A stretch of 35,194 nt of DNA from Chiloscyllium plagiosum. Lineage: Eukaryota. A program made the translations under genes and the position numbers. Position 1 is the stretch's first letter; the number at the start of each line of letters is the position of its first letter. Under the pieces are notes generated by a model that ran no database searches, was not told where the DNA came from, and was given only the letters and a program-made list of their open reading frames with translations. Below, in pieces: positions 11,955-23,981 of this stretch. The stretch spans positions 105,005,983 to 105,041,176 of the forward strand of contig NC_057718.1 in the NCBI RefSeq assembly GCF_004010195.1. Reading direction: 5' to 3'.

Positions 11955-12470
11955 AAATAAGAGGAGGCCATTCAGCCCTTCCAGCCTTCTCTGCCATTTG
12001 ATGAGGTAATGGCTGATCTTCATCAAAATCACTTTCCTGCATGATCCTCATATCCCTTGCTGTCAATCTCAGTCTTGAACATACTCAGAACCTGAACCTT
12101 TGCCGTCCTTTAGGATAAAGAATTCCAAACAGTCAGCGCTCTCTCCGGGGGGTGGAATTTACGTTGGGGAAGGAATTCCTTGTCATCTCCATTCCCTGAA
12201 TGGTCTGATCCTCATTCTGAGAGTGTGTCCCATGAGGAAGCTTCCTGTATCCAGCCTGTCCCTCCTTGTTACAGTTTGTTGTTCATCTCTAATTCTTCTA
12301 AACTCCAGAATTGAAAAGCCCAGACTGTATTTCCTTATGGGAAAATCTCACCATCCCAGGAATTTGTTCCCAGGTGAACCTTCATAGTCCCTCCAGAGTG
12401 AGTATACCTTCCCCTGGGGAGGGGACCAAAGCTACCCACTGGCTTCCGGCTATGATCTCACCAACGCCCT
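11955..12470 (-). mobile_element. Old CR1/L2-type LINE 3' fragment
   Basis: Same motif set as 10500-10950, more diverged. Confidence 0.55.
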
Positions 12471-12849
12471 GTCTAACTGCACTGAGCTTCCTGCTCTTGG
12501 TGAGTGCTGAAAGGTTGGAGGTTGAGAGTCCACCTGTTTCTCTGTTACAAACACACCCTACTAGACCATCAGATCATGCAATGCTGCAGCTTCTGGCTCA
12601 GAGACAGGGACACTACCCAATGCACCACAAGATCTTCATGTTGCAAAGTTGTTCCACTCCAAAGATCTCCTTCTGTAGGATGTTGTAGAATGATAATTGT
12701 GGTCCTGGGAAAACTGAGGTTTCTTCCTGACAATGGATTCTGTTGTTTCACCTGGGGATGGTGTAATGATAGCAAGCCCCAGCACTCAGTGACTGTGAGT
12801 GTTCTTTGTCTGTCCTCAGCAAAGGCCAGTGTTTCCTGACAGCTGGATT

Positions 12850-13200
12850 TTATTTAAAAATTAATTCACAGAGAGTGGCTGCCACTGGCTTCAGGACATC
12901 CCTAATTGCCTGGGCCTGGCCTTGCTCAGCCATTACAGAGGGCAACCAATTGTGGGTCTGGAGTCACATGTTGGCCAGGATGGATAAGGATGGCAGATTT
13001 CCTTCCCTAAAGGACGTTAGTGAACCAGATGGATTTTTACCACAATCGACAGTGATGACATCGCCAGCAGGTTGGCTTTTTATCACAGATTCTGATTGAT
13101 TTCAAACTTTACCCTCTGCCCTGCTGAGATTCGAACCCAGAACAGCAGACTGGGCCTCAGGATTACCAGCCCAGGGAGACTGGCACATTGTCACTGTCCC
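12850..13200 (-). mobile_element. Dispersed SINE/LINE-tail repeat, related copies near 22530-22810 and 31050-31340
   Basis: Shared core tgtgggtctggagtcacat...taaggat.gcag.tttccttccct.aaggac. Family not confidently named. Confidence 0.55.
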
Positions 13201-13369
13201 TGGTGCAGCTTGTTCAATTGCTTTATGATCCCTTTGGCGAGTTTCACTGCTGCTTTGGTCTTTCAGTCTGAGTGGGAATCATGTAGAGATGACGTCTGGT
13301 GTTGAATATACTTTCATACAGGTATTGCATTTCAAATCCAAACATTGTGTCGAGAAACTGTTCACTTCA

Positions 13370-13560
13370 GTCTCTGAGGAGTTGGGAATGCTGCTGAACA
13401 TCATACAGTGAAAAGCCCACTTCTAGTCCTCTCCTGGTTGGCAGGTCATTGATGAAGCAGCTGAAGATGGTTGGGTTTAGGAGACAACCCTGAGGAGTTC
13501 CTGCAGAGACATCCTGGAGCTGAAATGAATAATCTCCGACCACCACAAACACCTTGCTTG
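13370..13560 (-). mobile_element. LINE reverse transcriptase fragment
   Basis: ORF 13367..13552: SAGTPQGCLLNPTIFSCFINDLP, a degenerate GVPQGSVLGP..F...INDL motif. Confidence 0.75.
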
Positions 13561-13812
13561 TTCCTGATGTAACTCCATGGTTGAGTTTCTAGTTTTCTTT
13601 TTTTAAAATCTTTTTCATTCTGCGTTTGTCCTCCAGGTTGAGGTTGTCTCCTGTTCTTAAATTCCTTGAAACAGTGAGAGCTCAGCCTGGGAATCCACAT
13701 ACACACAATGGGTACAGTGTCCCCTTGAAAGTGACTTCCTGTGGCTCTGACACTGAGATACCACAAATACATTCTTGTATTTTTGATGAAACCTGTTCTT
13801 TCTGTCCCTCAG

Positions 13813-13887
13813 GTTGGGTTAATGAGGAACGGTAAGCTGCTGGCAGAGGCTCCACCGGATTATTTAATAAGATTCCACAATGTAGCA
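13813..13887 (+). CDS. abch1: ABCH-like transporter, exon C (NBD C-terminal strands)
   Basis: tccctcag| ... |gtaagt. 75 nt, phase 0/0. VGLMRNGKLLAEAPPDYLIRFHNVA. Confidence 0.92.
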
Positions 13888-13904
13888 GTAAGTAATTGTG
13901 ATTG

Positions 13905-14345
13905 AATGGTTTGGAGATGCCGGTGTTGGACTGGGGTGTACAAAGCACTGCTCCTTCATCAGGTGGTTGTGGAGGACACAATTGTAAGACACAGAATTTA
14001 CAGCAAAAGTTTACAGTGTGATGTAACTGAAATTATACATTGAAAAGTACCCTGATTGTTTGTTAAGTCTCTCATCTGTTAGAATGACCATGATAGTTTC
14101 ACTTCTTTCATATGTAAATCACAAAACTTTTTTTAAAAGTTACATTCTCAGGTGAACTTTAACAATTGGTGTCAGCCCAGATGTGTTGAAGGTGTTAGCC
14201 CCCTGTGTGCTGTCGTCTGTGCCATAATGTTTAGACTGATTCTAATCTAAAAAAATGAGTTAACAGAGTCTTACATGGATTTGTGCAGTTCTTGAGCAAA
14301 GTACAATGTAACTCTGCAAGTCCAAATTCACCCCATAAACATATA
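13905..14345 (-). mobile_element. Family B Penelope-type long terminal fragment (reverse), hammerhead truncated by deletion
   Basis: Reverse complement of 14715-14944 over about 230 bp. Its 3' end matches the 17730-17768 and 28980-29010 tails. Confidence 0.8.
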
Positions 14346-14603
14346 TGTGTATGTGTGCATGTGGGTTTTCATGTGTGTGTAGGAGTGTGTAGGGCACTCA
14401 TACACACACACGCACGCATTCCTATAGGCAGACACGCTCACAGACACTCACACACACTCCTACAGACAAACACACTCCCACACTCACACATGCACCCTCT
14501 CACAGACTTAAACCCCTTTACACTCATACACATAGATACTTTCACTTACAGACACTCACAACCCACCACACCAGACACAGAGTCTGCAGGCTCCCTGCCT
14601 CTA

Positions 14604-14700
14604 TTCCTGATGAAGAACTCCTGCCTGAAACGTCGATTTTCCTGCTCCTCGGATGCTGCCTGACCTGCTGTGCTTTTCCAGCACCACTCTAATCTAGACT
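14604..14700 (+). mobile_element. Family A hammerhead-type fragment (core present, stem II damaged)
   Basis: CTGATGA (14607-14613)-AGAACTCCTGCCT-GAAA-CGTCGA, followed by the family A tail. Confidence 0.7.
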
Positions 14701-14714
14701 TTCAACATATTATT

Positions 14715-15012
14715 TGGGCTGACACCAATTGTTAAAGTTCACCTGAGAATGTAACTTTTAAAAAAGGTTTTGAGAGTTACATATGAAAGAAGTGAAACTA
14801 ACATGGTCATTCTAACAGATGGGAGACTTGACAAACAATCAAGGTATTTTTCAATGTATAATTTCAGTTGCATCACACTGTAATCTTTTGCTGTAAATTC
14901 TGTGCCTTACAATTGTGTCCTTCACAACCACCCGATGAAGGAGCGTCGCTCCGAAAGCTAGTGCTTCCGATTAATCCTGTTGGACTATAACCTGGTGTTG
15001 TGTGAGTTTTAA
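14715..15012 (+). mobile_element. Family B Penelope-type long terminal fragment; hammerhead core mutated (CCGAUGA)
   Basis: cacccgatgaaggagcgtcgctccgaaagctagtg at 14929-14963, preceded by about 215 bp of family body. Confidence 0.8.
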
Positions 15013-15097
15013 GTTGGATTGAATGGGATTGCCATGATGCGAATGGTGCATTAGCTCTCAAGTAAAGTTGTTCCGATTTCTCTCTCACTTGTTTTAG

Positions 15098-15254
15098 ACT
15101 TTGGAGAATGTGTTCCTAAAGTTGTGTAAATCCTCAGATCAATCATCTGCGCAGGTCTCTGCTACCGCCTGGCACAGGACCCAGAGCCCCCAAGGGGACA
15201 GTGAGGAGGAAACTAGTCCCCTGCTCCCACAGCCAGTTGTCCCCAAGCTCCCAG
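15098..15254 (+). CDS. abch1: ABCH-like transporter, exon D (LExVFL motif and cytosolic linker)
   Basis: gttttag| ... |gtaata. 157 nt, phase 0/1. TLENVFLKLCKSSDQSSAQVSATAWHRTQSPQGDSEEETSPLLPQPVVPKLP. Confidence 0.88.
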
Positions 15255-16734
15255 GTAATATGTAAACCTGTCTGTGTGCCATTCTCTGTCTCCCTGTCAA
15301 TGCTCCTTTCTCACACTGACTTGCTTACTTTTCTCGTATGAATAAGACATTAACATACAGAAACAGGTGCACAAAAAGACAGAGACTGCTCCAAACCCAT
15401 CAGTCCATTTTCATGTAAAATTCTGGGAAAGTGAATTTCAGGGATAACTGTGAGGGTGGGGAAGGGCAGTCAATATCCCTGGGAGAGTGAGTGGGGCAGG
15501 AATCCTCAAGGCATTCCAGAAGTATTGAGATCAGCTCTCGGAACTTTAACAGTGTACAGACTACGGAGCAAGTGCTGGGAAATGGGATTAGAACAGATGG
15601 ATGTTTGATGACTGGCATGGACACAAGGGGCCGAAGGGCCTCTATCCAAACTGTAAAAACTCTGACCCGATGATTTTATACGGTGAAGATTCTGATGCGC
15701 GTTCAGGTTGATTTTGGTGAACCAGCTGATGTTGTGAATCTGAACAACCCAACTATTTATGTTCATGTCCCACAATAAACCTCTCTCCAATTAGACCCAG
15801 GGCTGTAATGGTGTCAATAGCTGCAGCACAGAAATCAGGGCAGATAGGTCAGAGGCATTGAGACTTGCCTGCGGATCAACATCAGAGCATTTATTCATTC
15901 AATTTCATGGTGATGTCTTAAACACAGAAAGAGCGCACATTTCTCAAAGTTGCTGAAGGTCTTTGATTAGAACACGTTTATCAAAAAGGGAATGTGAAAA
16001 CCTGCCTTAACTTACAGTGAAATTTAATGCAGACAGGCAGATAGGGTGGAAACACAGTGACACACTCTCCCTGGATGAGGATGGAGTGGATCAGATTGAA
16101 GACACTCAGGAATGGAAGTAAACTCCACTTTCAGCTTCTCAGTAAAGCCTGGCGGAGCATCGAACAACTGTGTAATGGATGGTCATCATTAACCTGTCAA
16201 TCAGACCCATCTGGAAAACTACATCCAGCTACAATCACCAAGACAACAGGGCGATGCAGGCACAACGGAGACTCACTGACTGCTCCCTTGGGTCACGGCT
16301 CCTCAGATCAATGGACAGACTGGAGCCACGTGTGTCTTTCAGCAACAGCCACATTGAAAGATAAAGCAAGGCAGTACACGGCATAGAAATAATTAATTTA
16401 GAATCCTGGCACAAAGTGAACAGTGCAACAAAGGAACAAGAGGAGGCTATTCAGCCCCTTGAGCCTGTTCCACCATTCAATGAGATCCTGGCTGATCTAT
16501 GGCCCATATCCCTGAATCCCTTTGCTTAACAAAACACTATTTACCTCTGATTTAAAATTAGCAATGGGAGCACAAAGAAGGACAAAGCTTCATATATCAT
16601 AAAGGCAGCTCCAAAACTGAATTGAATCTCCCACAAGGAGAGAGTAATCAACATTCTGAATGGTATCCCAGATGTGGTGGACAAATTAAAATGAATAAAA
16701 TGGTCTTCCTCATCCACACAAATCAGTTCAGAAT

Positions 16735-17420
16735 CTGTACAGGGCCCAGCTGATTCCCATGTAGGGTCTGGTCATTCCCAGTACCTCATCTGGTTGATCC
16801 TTGTGCAGGATCTGGATCATCTCAGTGCAGAATCTGATTGATCTGAGGGCACAGTCTGGTCAATACCAATGCAAGATATGGTCAATCCCAGTACAGGATC
16901 TGGTCAATCCCAGTACAGGATCTGGTTGATCCCAGTACAGGATCTGGTCAATCCCAGTACAGGATCTGGTTGGTCCCAGTACAGGATCTGGTCAATCCCA
17001 GTACAGGATCTGGTTGATCCCAGTACAGGATCTGGTTGGTCCCAGTACAGGATCTGGTTGGTCCCAGTACAGGATCTGGTTGGTACCAGTACAGGATCTG
17101 GTTGATCACAGTACAGGATGTGGTTGGTCCAGTACAGGATCTGGTTGGTCCCAGTACAGGATCTGGTGGATCCCAGTACAGGATCTGGTTGGTCCCAGTA
17201 CAGGATCTGGTTGGTCCAGTACAGGATCTGGTTGATCCCAGTACAGGATCTGGTTGATCACAGTACAGGATGTGGTTGATCACAGTACAGGATCTGGTTG
17301 ATCCCAGTACAGGATCTGGTTGATCCCAGTACAGGATCTGGTTGGTCCCAGTACAGGATCTGGTTGGTCCAGTACAGGATCTGGTTGATGCCAGTACAGG
17401 ATCTGGTTGATCCCAGTACA
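16735..17420. repeat. 22-bp minisatellite (TCCCAGTACAGGATCTGGTTGA and variants)
   Basis: About 24 well-conserved units from about 16885, with degenerate units upstream. Explains the repetitive ORFs on both strands. Confidence 0.95.
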
Positions 17421-17637
17421 GAAACCGTAAACAGAGAGGCCGAATGTTGCTGGATTGAAGTGTGGAGATTCTTTAAGACCCTCTGCTTTGAGACCCACAA
17501 ATGTTCTCGGGCAGAATTGACAGCAGGTTGGTGGATACTGGAATTGGGTAAACTCACACGTACCGGCATTGTGTGTTAATGTGGCAGTGTCAGGACGCTG
17601 TTATTGGCTGGTACCTGACAATACAAGCCTTTATCTT

Positions 17638-17768
17638 GACAACCATCTGATGAAGGAGCAGCACTCCGAAAGCTAGTGCTTCCAAATAAACGTGTTGGAC
17701 TTTAACCTGGTGTTGTGTGATTTTTAACTTTGTGCATCCCAGTCCAACACTGGCACCTCCAAATCATG
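17638..17768 (+). mobile_element. Family B hammerhead-bearing insertion with 8-bp target-site duplication
   Basis: TTTATCTT at 17630-17637 and 17769-17776. CAT-CTGATGA (17647-17653)-A-GGAG...CTCC-GAAA-GCTA-GTG. Confidence 0.8.
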
Positions 17769-19244
17769 TTTATCTTTCTCATTCCACTCCCTGTCAACAT
17801 GTTATAAAGTTGACTCTCTGCTCAAAGATAAGTCCAAGATCAAAAACTCACAGAGTGACAAATTTCTGTTTTTCATTTTCACACGGGTTTTGAAAGCATG
17901 AAAGCTCTTTGTTTATCACCAGCTGGAAGAGCTTTGTGATCAAAGCTGGAATCAACAAGCACTTTCTAAGTATTTAAACCAGACATGTACAATCCCTTCT
18001 GTCAAATTCCCCGCAGAGTGTTCAATAGAGAGTTAACATCGAACTTTATTTTACTTAAACTGGGCTATGGAGACCAAACTGAGTATATCAATGTCAGTTG
18101 GTATTTCACGCAAAGACTGGGTCTTTCAGTAATTATCACCCATTAGAGATAGGGAATCAATTCATCGAGTCATATAGCACAGAAACAGATGCTACAGTCC
18201 AACTCATTCATGCTGACCAGATACTAAATTAATCTAGTCCTATTACCTGACGGCAACAGGGACTCCGAATCGAGGATTATTTTTCCCTTCCTAGTTCAGC
18301 GTTTAGGAGTGAACACATCGAGAGATACACCTCAGATGGAGGCTATTCACTCCACTGTGCCCCTGCTCGATGCCGAGACCAGTTCAGGGGAATTTCTTCG
18401 CTCAGAGGGTGGGGAATCCGTTGGAATCCTCTTCCCCCAAAGGGATGTGGAGGGTCAGTCACTGAGTAAGTTCAAAACAGATTAATACATTTTTAATTAA
18501 ATGAAAGAATCATGTGGGAAAATGGTGTTGAGGTGGATGATTAGCCACAAACTGGAATGGCACATTAGGTTGGAGGGGCTGAGTGCTGCTATTTCCGAAT
18601 TTACTGTGCTTTTTTACTACATTCTGAATTGGAGCAAGAATTATTTTACAACAAAGGAATGAGGAAGGAATCGAAGTATGTTTTTTTAAAAAAGCGAGTG
18701 ACAGAATCTCCTTTGGGGTGCAGTGTTTACATTGCTGCTTTGTTCAACCAATGACAGAAGATGTTTGTAAATGGCCTGGCTCCAGGGGTCTGTGCATAAT
18801 CTGAGATTCAGCTGGCAACAGGTTACTGATTGGTATTCCCACTGATCTCAAATCCACAACCAAAAGACGTCAGACTAACAGTGACCATCTGATTGGTTTC
18901 TGGGTAGCTGAACAGTTTGTGGCTGTGAACATCACTGGCAGGAGCCTTCACACTGCTTAAAAAGGTGGATGGTGTGTTGCTCTTTCCTGTAAAATATCTA
19001 AAGCCTGAAGAAAACTAGTTTATTTTTTCTCACCAGTTTCTGTAGGCTGTTGCTTTTAACCAAAAGTCTGAGAGTTTATAATCAGTGAACCATTGCTGTA
19101 TGCCTCCAAAGAAGTGAGAAAACCTGAAGGAAAAGATTGGAGAATTAAAGGACTTTGGAAACAAAAGGAACACTCCATCGAATCCTGGACTGGTGCTAGT
19201 GAACTGTCTCCCCTGTACTTTTTTCCACTCCACCCATAATACCA

Positions 19245-19257
19245 ATGTTGTGTGTGA

Positions 19258-19288
<31 letters not shown>

Positions 19289-19492
19289 TCTGTGCGTGCA
19301 TGTGTCTTTTACGTGTGTGTTCATGTTCGTGTCTGGGAGTGCAAATCTGTCTCTATTTGCATGCGCATGTATGTGTGCCCGTGTATGTGTGTGCACATGT
19401 GTGTCTGTATATGTCTATGTATGTGTGCCTGTGTGTGTGTGTGCACATGTGTGTCTGTATATGCCTATGTATGTGTGCCTGTGTGTATGTAT
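19245..19492. repeat. (TG)n-rich microsatellite / low-complexity tract
   Basis: Directly visible. Confidence 0.95.
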
Positions 19493-19842
19493 ACAAGGCT
19501 TTAGAAGGGAGTTGGAGCTTTAATGAGGAGGGTTACATGTTGATAGTTCAGGGTTGTTTACTGTGGTCGTTCTTGTGAAGTACAGAAACTTGGTGCATGT
19601 TCATTCTCAGCCTGGGTCTGTGCGGCAGATCAATTTGGAATTTTCTCCCTTTGATAAAATTTTCAACTTCCTGGGATGACTCTGGGAATTGTGAGTCTAA
19701 TTTCCAGCACAGACCCCCCTAGTTAGGGGTGAAATCCTCATCATGGTAAATTATCCCGGGTGTAACTTTTCTCATCTCTTATTTTCAGGAAAGTTTGGTG
19801 TGAGGGTTTGGGTCTGATTTCCTTTCATGTGTTGATTTCTAG

Positions 19843-19939
19843 TCAGCTGCCGGCAGTGGGTGAAAAGCCTGGTTCCTAAATGGAGGAATATCATGGCTTT
19901 AATCATTAAAACGTTCACCAGAATCCGGAGGATGCCTGG
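19843..19939 (+). CDS. abch1: ABCH-like transporter, exon E (amphipathic helix before TM1)
   Basis: tttctag| ... |gtaagt. 97 nt, phase 1/2. (V)SCRQWVKSLVPKWRNIMALIIKTFTRIRRMP(G), resembling the start of an ABC2-type membrane domain. Confidence 0.87.
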
Positions 19940-20351
19940 GTAAGTTTTGCTGTTGTTCTTTAAGCAGTTCTTTGTTGAACAAGATTTGTGAAAGAATCAT
20001 TCGTATGTTCTGTAATTAATGACATTCATTTCAAACTGACTTTGTATTTAAAAGTCCAAGAGAAAATTGTTATGTGAGATGTGAGCAGGGGATAGTGAGT
20101 TTAAACAGACAAGATGAAGGGAGAAATAACGGACCAGGAGAATATTGAAGGTGTGGTTTTAGAGACATACAGCATCAGTGGATACTGTATACACCAGCAG
20201 CGGCTCGTGGACAACCTGTACAGTCTGAGCAAAACAATTCACCAATGAACCACATTATCCAATTATCCTGTATAAGATTTGTCAACAATTTGGAAGGTTC
20301 ATTTCAATTGTCTGTTTTTGCTGAGCATCATCTTTTGTTGCCTCCCCCCAG

Positions 20352-20520
20352 GTTTCTTGCTTTCCAGTTCCTGCTGCCAGTCTTACAGATCTCCCTGATC
20401 TGTCTCTGCATTGGACACACTCCTGAGAAGCTGCCTGTTGCCGTGGTGAACAATGATACAGGACGACCCTCCCTGAGCCAGACCTTCCTGCTGCAGTTCG
20501 ACAATGAAACAATTGTCCAG
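20352..20520 (+). CDS. abch1: ABCH-like transporter, exon F (TM1 and start of extracellular domain)
   Basis: cccccag| ... |gtcatt. 169 nt, phase 2/0. FLAFQFLLPVLQISLICLCIGHTPEKLPVAVVNNDTGRPSLSQTFLLQFDNETIVQ, with N-glycosylation sequons NDT and NET. Lies inside ORF 20245..20751. Confidence 0.9.
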
Positions 20521-21581
20521 GTCATTTTCATTCTCACAACAGAAATGGGACGTTCGGCCCAACTGCTCTCTGCTGGTATTGCTACTCCACTCAATTCCTT
20601 TCCCACCCTCTTGGCATCTCCTCCTCCTCTCCCCCCCTCGTGGGCTCACCCAGTGTCTGTACAATGGCCCTCCATGTGGGGGCAAGTTCCACATTCTCCT
20701 CACTCTCTGGGGAAGGGAGTTTTGCCTGAATTCCCCAATTGGATCTTATAGCAATGACCGTATATGGATGAAGGGTGTCTCACACACACACCCTCCACCT
20801 GCCCGGCCTGCTCCACAACTCAATAAGATCTTGGCTGTAACAAAACAGAAATCGCGGGAGAAACTCAGCAGGTCTGGCAGCATCTGTGGGAAGAAAGCAG
20901 AGTTAATTTTTTTGTTGATCTCAGCTTTCCATTTCAGCCTACCCCAACAATTACTGAGCCCTGCGTCAGTCAACCACCTGACTCACCCCCCTCTACTGCT
21001 GCCTGATGAACATAATTCCACAGCCTCACATCCCTCTGAGCGAAAGTATTTCTCCTCATCTCTGTCATAGATGGGAGACCCTTACATTGAAACTGAATCC
21101 CCTGGTTCTGGGCTTTGCTACTGAGGGAAATATCCTTTCAGTGACTATACTGTAAAGCCCCCTCAGGGGCTTATAGGTTTCAATAAGGTCACCTCTCATT
21201 CTTTGAAATGTTCAACCACCTCCACCAAGGAATTACGTTGAGTCAACATTCTCTTACATCTTTTCTTAAATAAGGAGACCAAACCTCCCACAATCATGGT
21301 CTCCTCAATGCACTGTGTAACTATGCTACAAATTCCCTGCTTTTATGTTCCATTCCCGTTACAACCAGCAGCAACCTTCCATTTGCCTCCCCACCATGGG
21401 CTATCACTGCAGACTAATATTTTCAGATTGACCCTGAGCACAGAGTCCCACAATCTCTCTCTCCCTTCCATTTACAAAATAAACTATTTCTCCACTCTTC
21501 CCACCAAAGTGGGTACCTTTATGTTTCTTCCACCACACACACCATTTAGCAAGATGCTAAAACTGATGATGGAAACTTAAG

Positions 21582-21675
21582 AAGTTCCTGAAGAATGGCT
21601 CATGCCCGAAACGTCGATTCTCCTGCTCCTTGGATGCTGCCTGACCTGCTGCGCTTTTCCAGCAACACATTTTCC
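21582..21675 (+). mobile_element. Family A hammerhead-type insertion with 14-bp target-site duplication
   Basis: GATGGAAACTTAAG at 21568-21581 and 21676-21689. CTGAAGA-A-TGGC(tcat)GCCC-GAAA-CGTC-GA. Confidence 0.85.
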
Positions 21676-22363
21676 GATGGAAACTTAAGCCCGATTTCAT
21701 TGACCAAAACAGGGACAATGACAGAGTGGACACTGAGTGGCCGGGGAACCTGGGAGGAGTGGGAGAGGGGGTAGGTGGGGGCAGTAGCAATAACTGGGGT
21801 GAGGGGTAAGGGGGGTGATCATTTTTCATTGAGATAAATAGAAGCTATTTCACTCTGAGGATTGTGAATCTTGAGTGTATGAAAGGCTCATCATGCTCTG
21901 AGAGATTATCAGTTAGATAGCAAGAACGACCATACACTGTGAGCCTGAGACCTAGACCCTCCAGTCTGAGGGATAGAATCTCTCAACATCAACCCCAGCA
22001 AACCCTCAAAGAATTTGACCCATTTTAATAAAGCTGTTCCTTCCAGGAGCAGGAAGTAATCCAAATTCTCAGATTCCATATAAAGGGGTTTATTTTTGAC
22101 TTTTCGGGAAAGGTTGAGCCCTGTTGTTAAACATGGAAATATAATGATAAAGGTCACATGGTCTAAGGTTAACATATTGACATGGATAGAGATTGAGAAA
22201 AGCAAATAAGTTCACCAGAGAAATGTTGTTACATATTCCATAATTTGACTTTATATCACAATGGAGTTACTTTGTTCGTTTTGTGTCAACATCAATGGTC
22301 TGTATTAGTCTCCTCAAGGTCTCGCTTTCGCGTGTGTAACTGGCTGTTTGGTATATCTTACAG

Positions 22364-22464
22364 ATTAATGTGAATCAGTTAGAGGCCATTCAGGGAATAA
22401 TGGATGGGAAATACTGGGCAGCTCTAGGCTTCGGAACAAACTTCACTCAAGACCTTCTTTTAAG
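22364..22464 (+). CDS. abch1: ABCH-like transporter, exon G (extracellular domain)
   Basis: cttacag| ... |gtaaaa. 101 nt, phase 0/2. INVNQLEAIQGIMDGKYWAALGFGTNFTQDLLL(R), with sequon NFT. Confidence 0.9.
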
Positions 22465-23981
22465 GTAAAATGCAATTGATAAATGTTGGCTTATTTTGAA
22501 AAACAACATTGAATGGCCTTCTTGCGTTAATCTGTAGAATGTGAATATTGCTGGCAAGGTGTTTAGTGTTGCTCATTCCTAATTCTCCCTTGAGACATTG
22601 TTGGAGAGCCACTTTCTTGAACATAACTCCATGCCTCCACTGCCCTCTGAAATGGCCAAGTAAGAGTCACCACGTTGCTGTGGGTCTGGAGTCACATCTA
22701 GGCCAGATCAGGTAAGGATAGCAGTTTCCTTCCCTGAAGGACTTGAGAGGACCAGAAGGGATTTTATGACAATGTAATTTCACAGGCACCATCACTGAGA
22801 CTTGATTTTATTTTGATATGTGAAGTTTCTAAGATTATTATGTTTTGGGACTATCTCCTTAATTTAGGGTAAAATGGAAGAACCAAGTGTATGTTGTGAC
22901 TTGTTTTGAATACATTCTGACTTCGGTTGGGATGGGGATGGGACAATGCGCTGGTTTCCATACTGAGAAGAAACTGTAAGGTACTCATACTTGGAACAGA
23001 GACCAGGCCAGCAGTACCCATAGTGGATGGTCTGTCAGTTTCCAAGTCCCCAGGAGCTGTTGTAGCGCAAGGCAGTTACAATTTCAACTATCAATATAAT
23101 TGTAAGGTAGGATTGAGTTGAGAGTTGATTGAGTTTCGAGGATAATGAATCAGTATTTCTCCCTGGATACAAAGCCCATGTCATTTCTGTTGCCATGGAG
23201 GGGGCATTAGGAAGGAACAGGCCATGGAGAGTTCTTGTTGGATCATTGTTTTTAAAGTTTTCTTTAAACATAGCTGAATCTCACAGAAAGGATCAGTCTG
23301 ACAGACTTTGAGAGACGGAAGAGAGATAGAGGGAGCCAGGTCTGTATTATTCACCAGATAGAATGCAGAATGGGAAGGTCGTGGTTTGAAGTAAGACTGG
23401 AAGATTTACCCCTAGATTTGACTGGAAAGAGGGATTTCCAGATAGCCCGCTCTGTGAAGTCAGGCCAGGGATTAAACGCGATATGACTAGAATCTTTAAA
23501 AAAACAGAAGCAAGCCATCAGGAACTGACGATACCATTGAAGTGGTTTCTGCCCACTTAAGGCACTGAAGGTGATGATTTGTCAATTTTAAATGTTAAAT
23601 GTGGGTCTTTTGTGCAGTCTAAGGAATAAGTTCCATCTGGAATAGTATTTAGATAATGTTGCTTTAAGTCTATTTGTCACAGTAAAAGACTTAGAACTTG
23701 AAATGTCTGATACTTTCAGTTGGTCACATTAATTGAGATATCATTTTAAGAAAACTATCAGTCTGTTTAGTGATCATAACAATTTCAGATTTATTTTATC
23801 AACTACGTTTAAATTTGAGATCTGCCTTGGTGCGATTTGAACACGTCACAAAGTGCAAACATTTAGGTTATTAACCCAGTAACATATAATTTGTGATGTA
23901 TTGTCTTGCAATCAAAATACATCAAACACCATTCTGTCCTTGTCTTTCTGCAGTAATACACAAAGTCTTATTTCCTTTTAG

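Noticed and set aside
16869..17579. Repetitive ORFs and CRISPR-like periodicity
   Set aside because: Head-to-tail 22-bp minisatellite with no unique spacers, in a eukaryotic intron. The peptide repeat is three units read through shifting frames.
19196..19578. Cys/Val-rich and His/Thr-rich ORFs
   Set aside because: Translation of a (TG)n microsatellite.
19789..19797. 9-nt micro-exon (GAAAGTTTG|gtgtga)
   Set aside because: It would leave only a 45-nt intron before exon E, below the usual vertebrate minimum, and the donor is weak.
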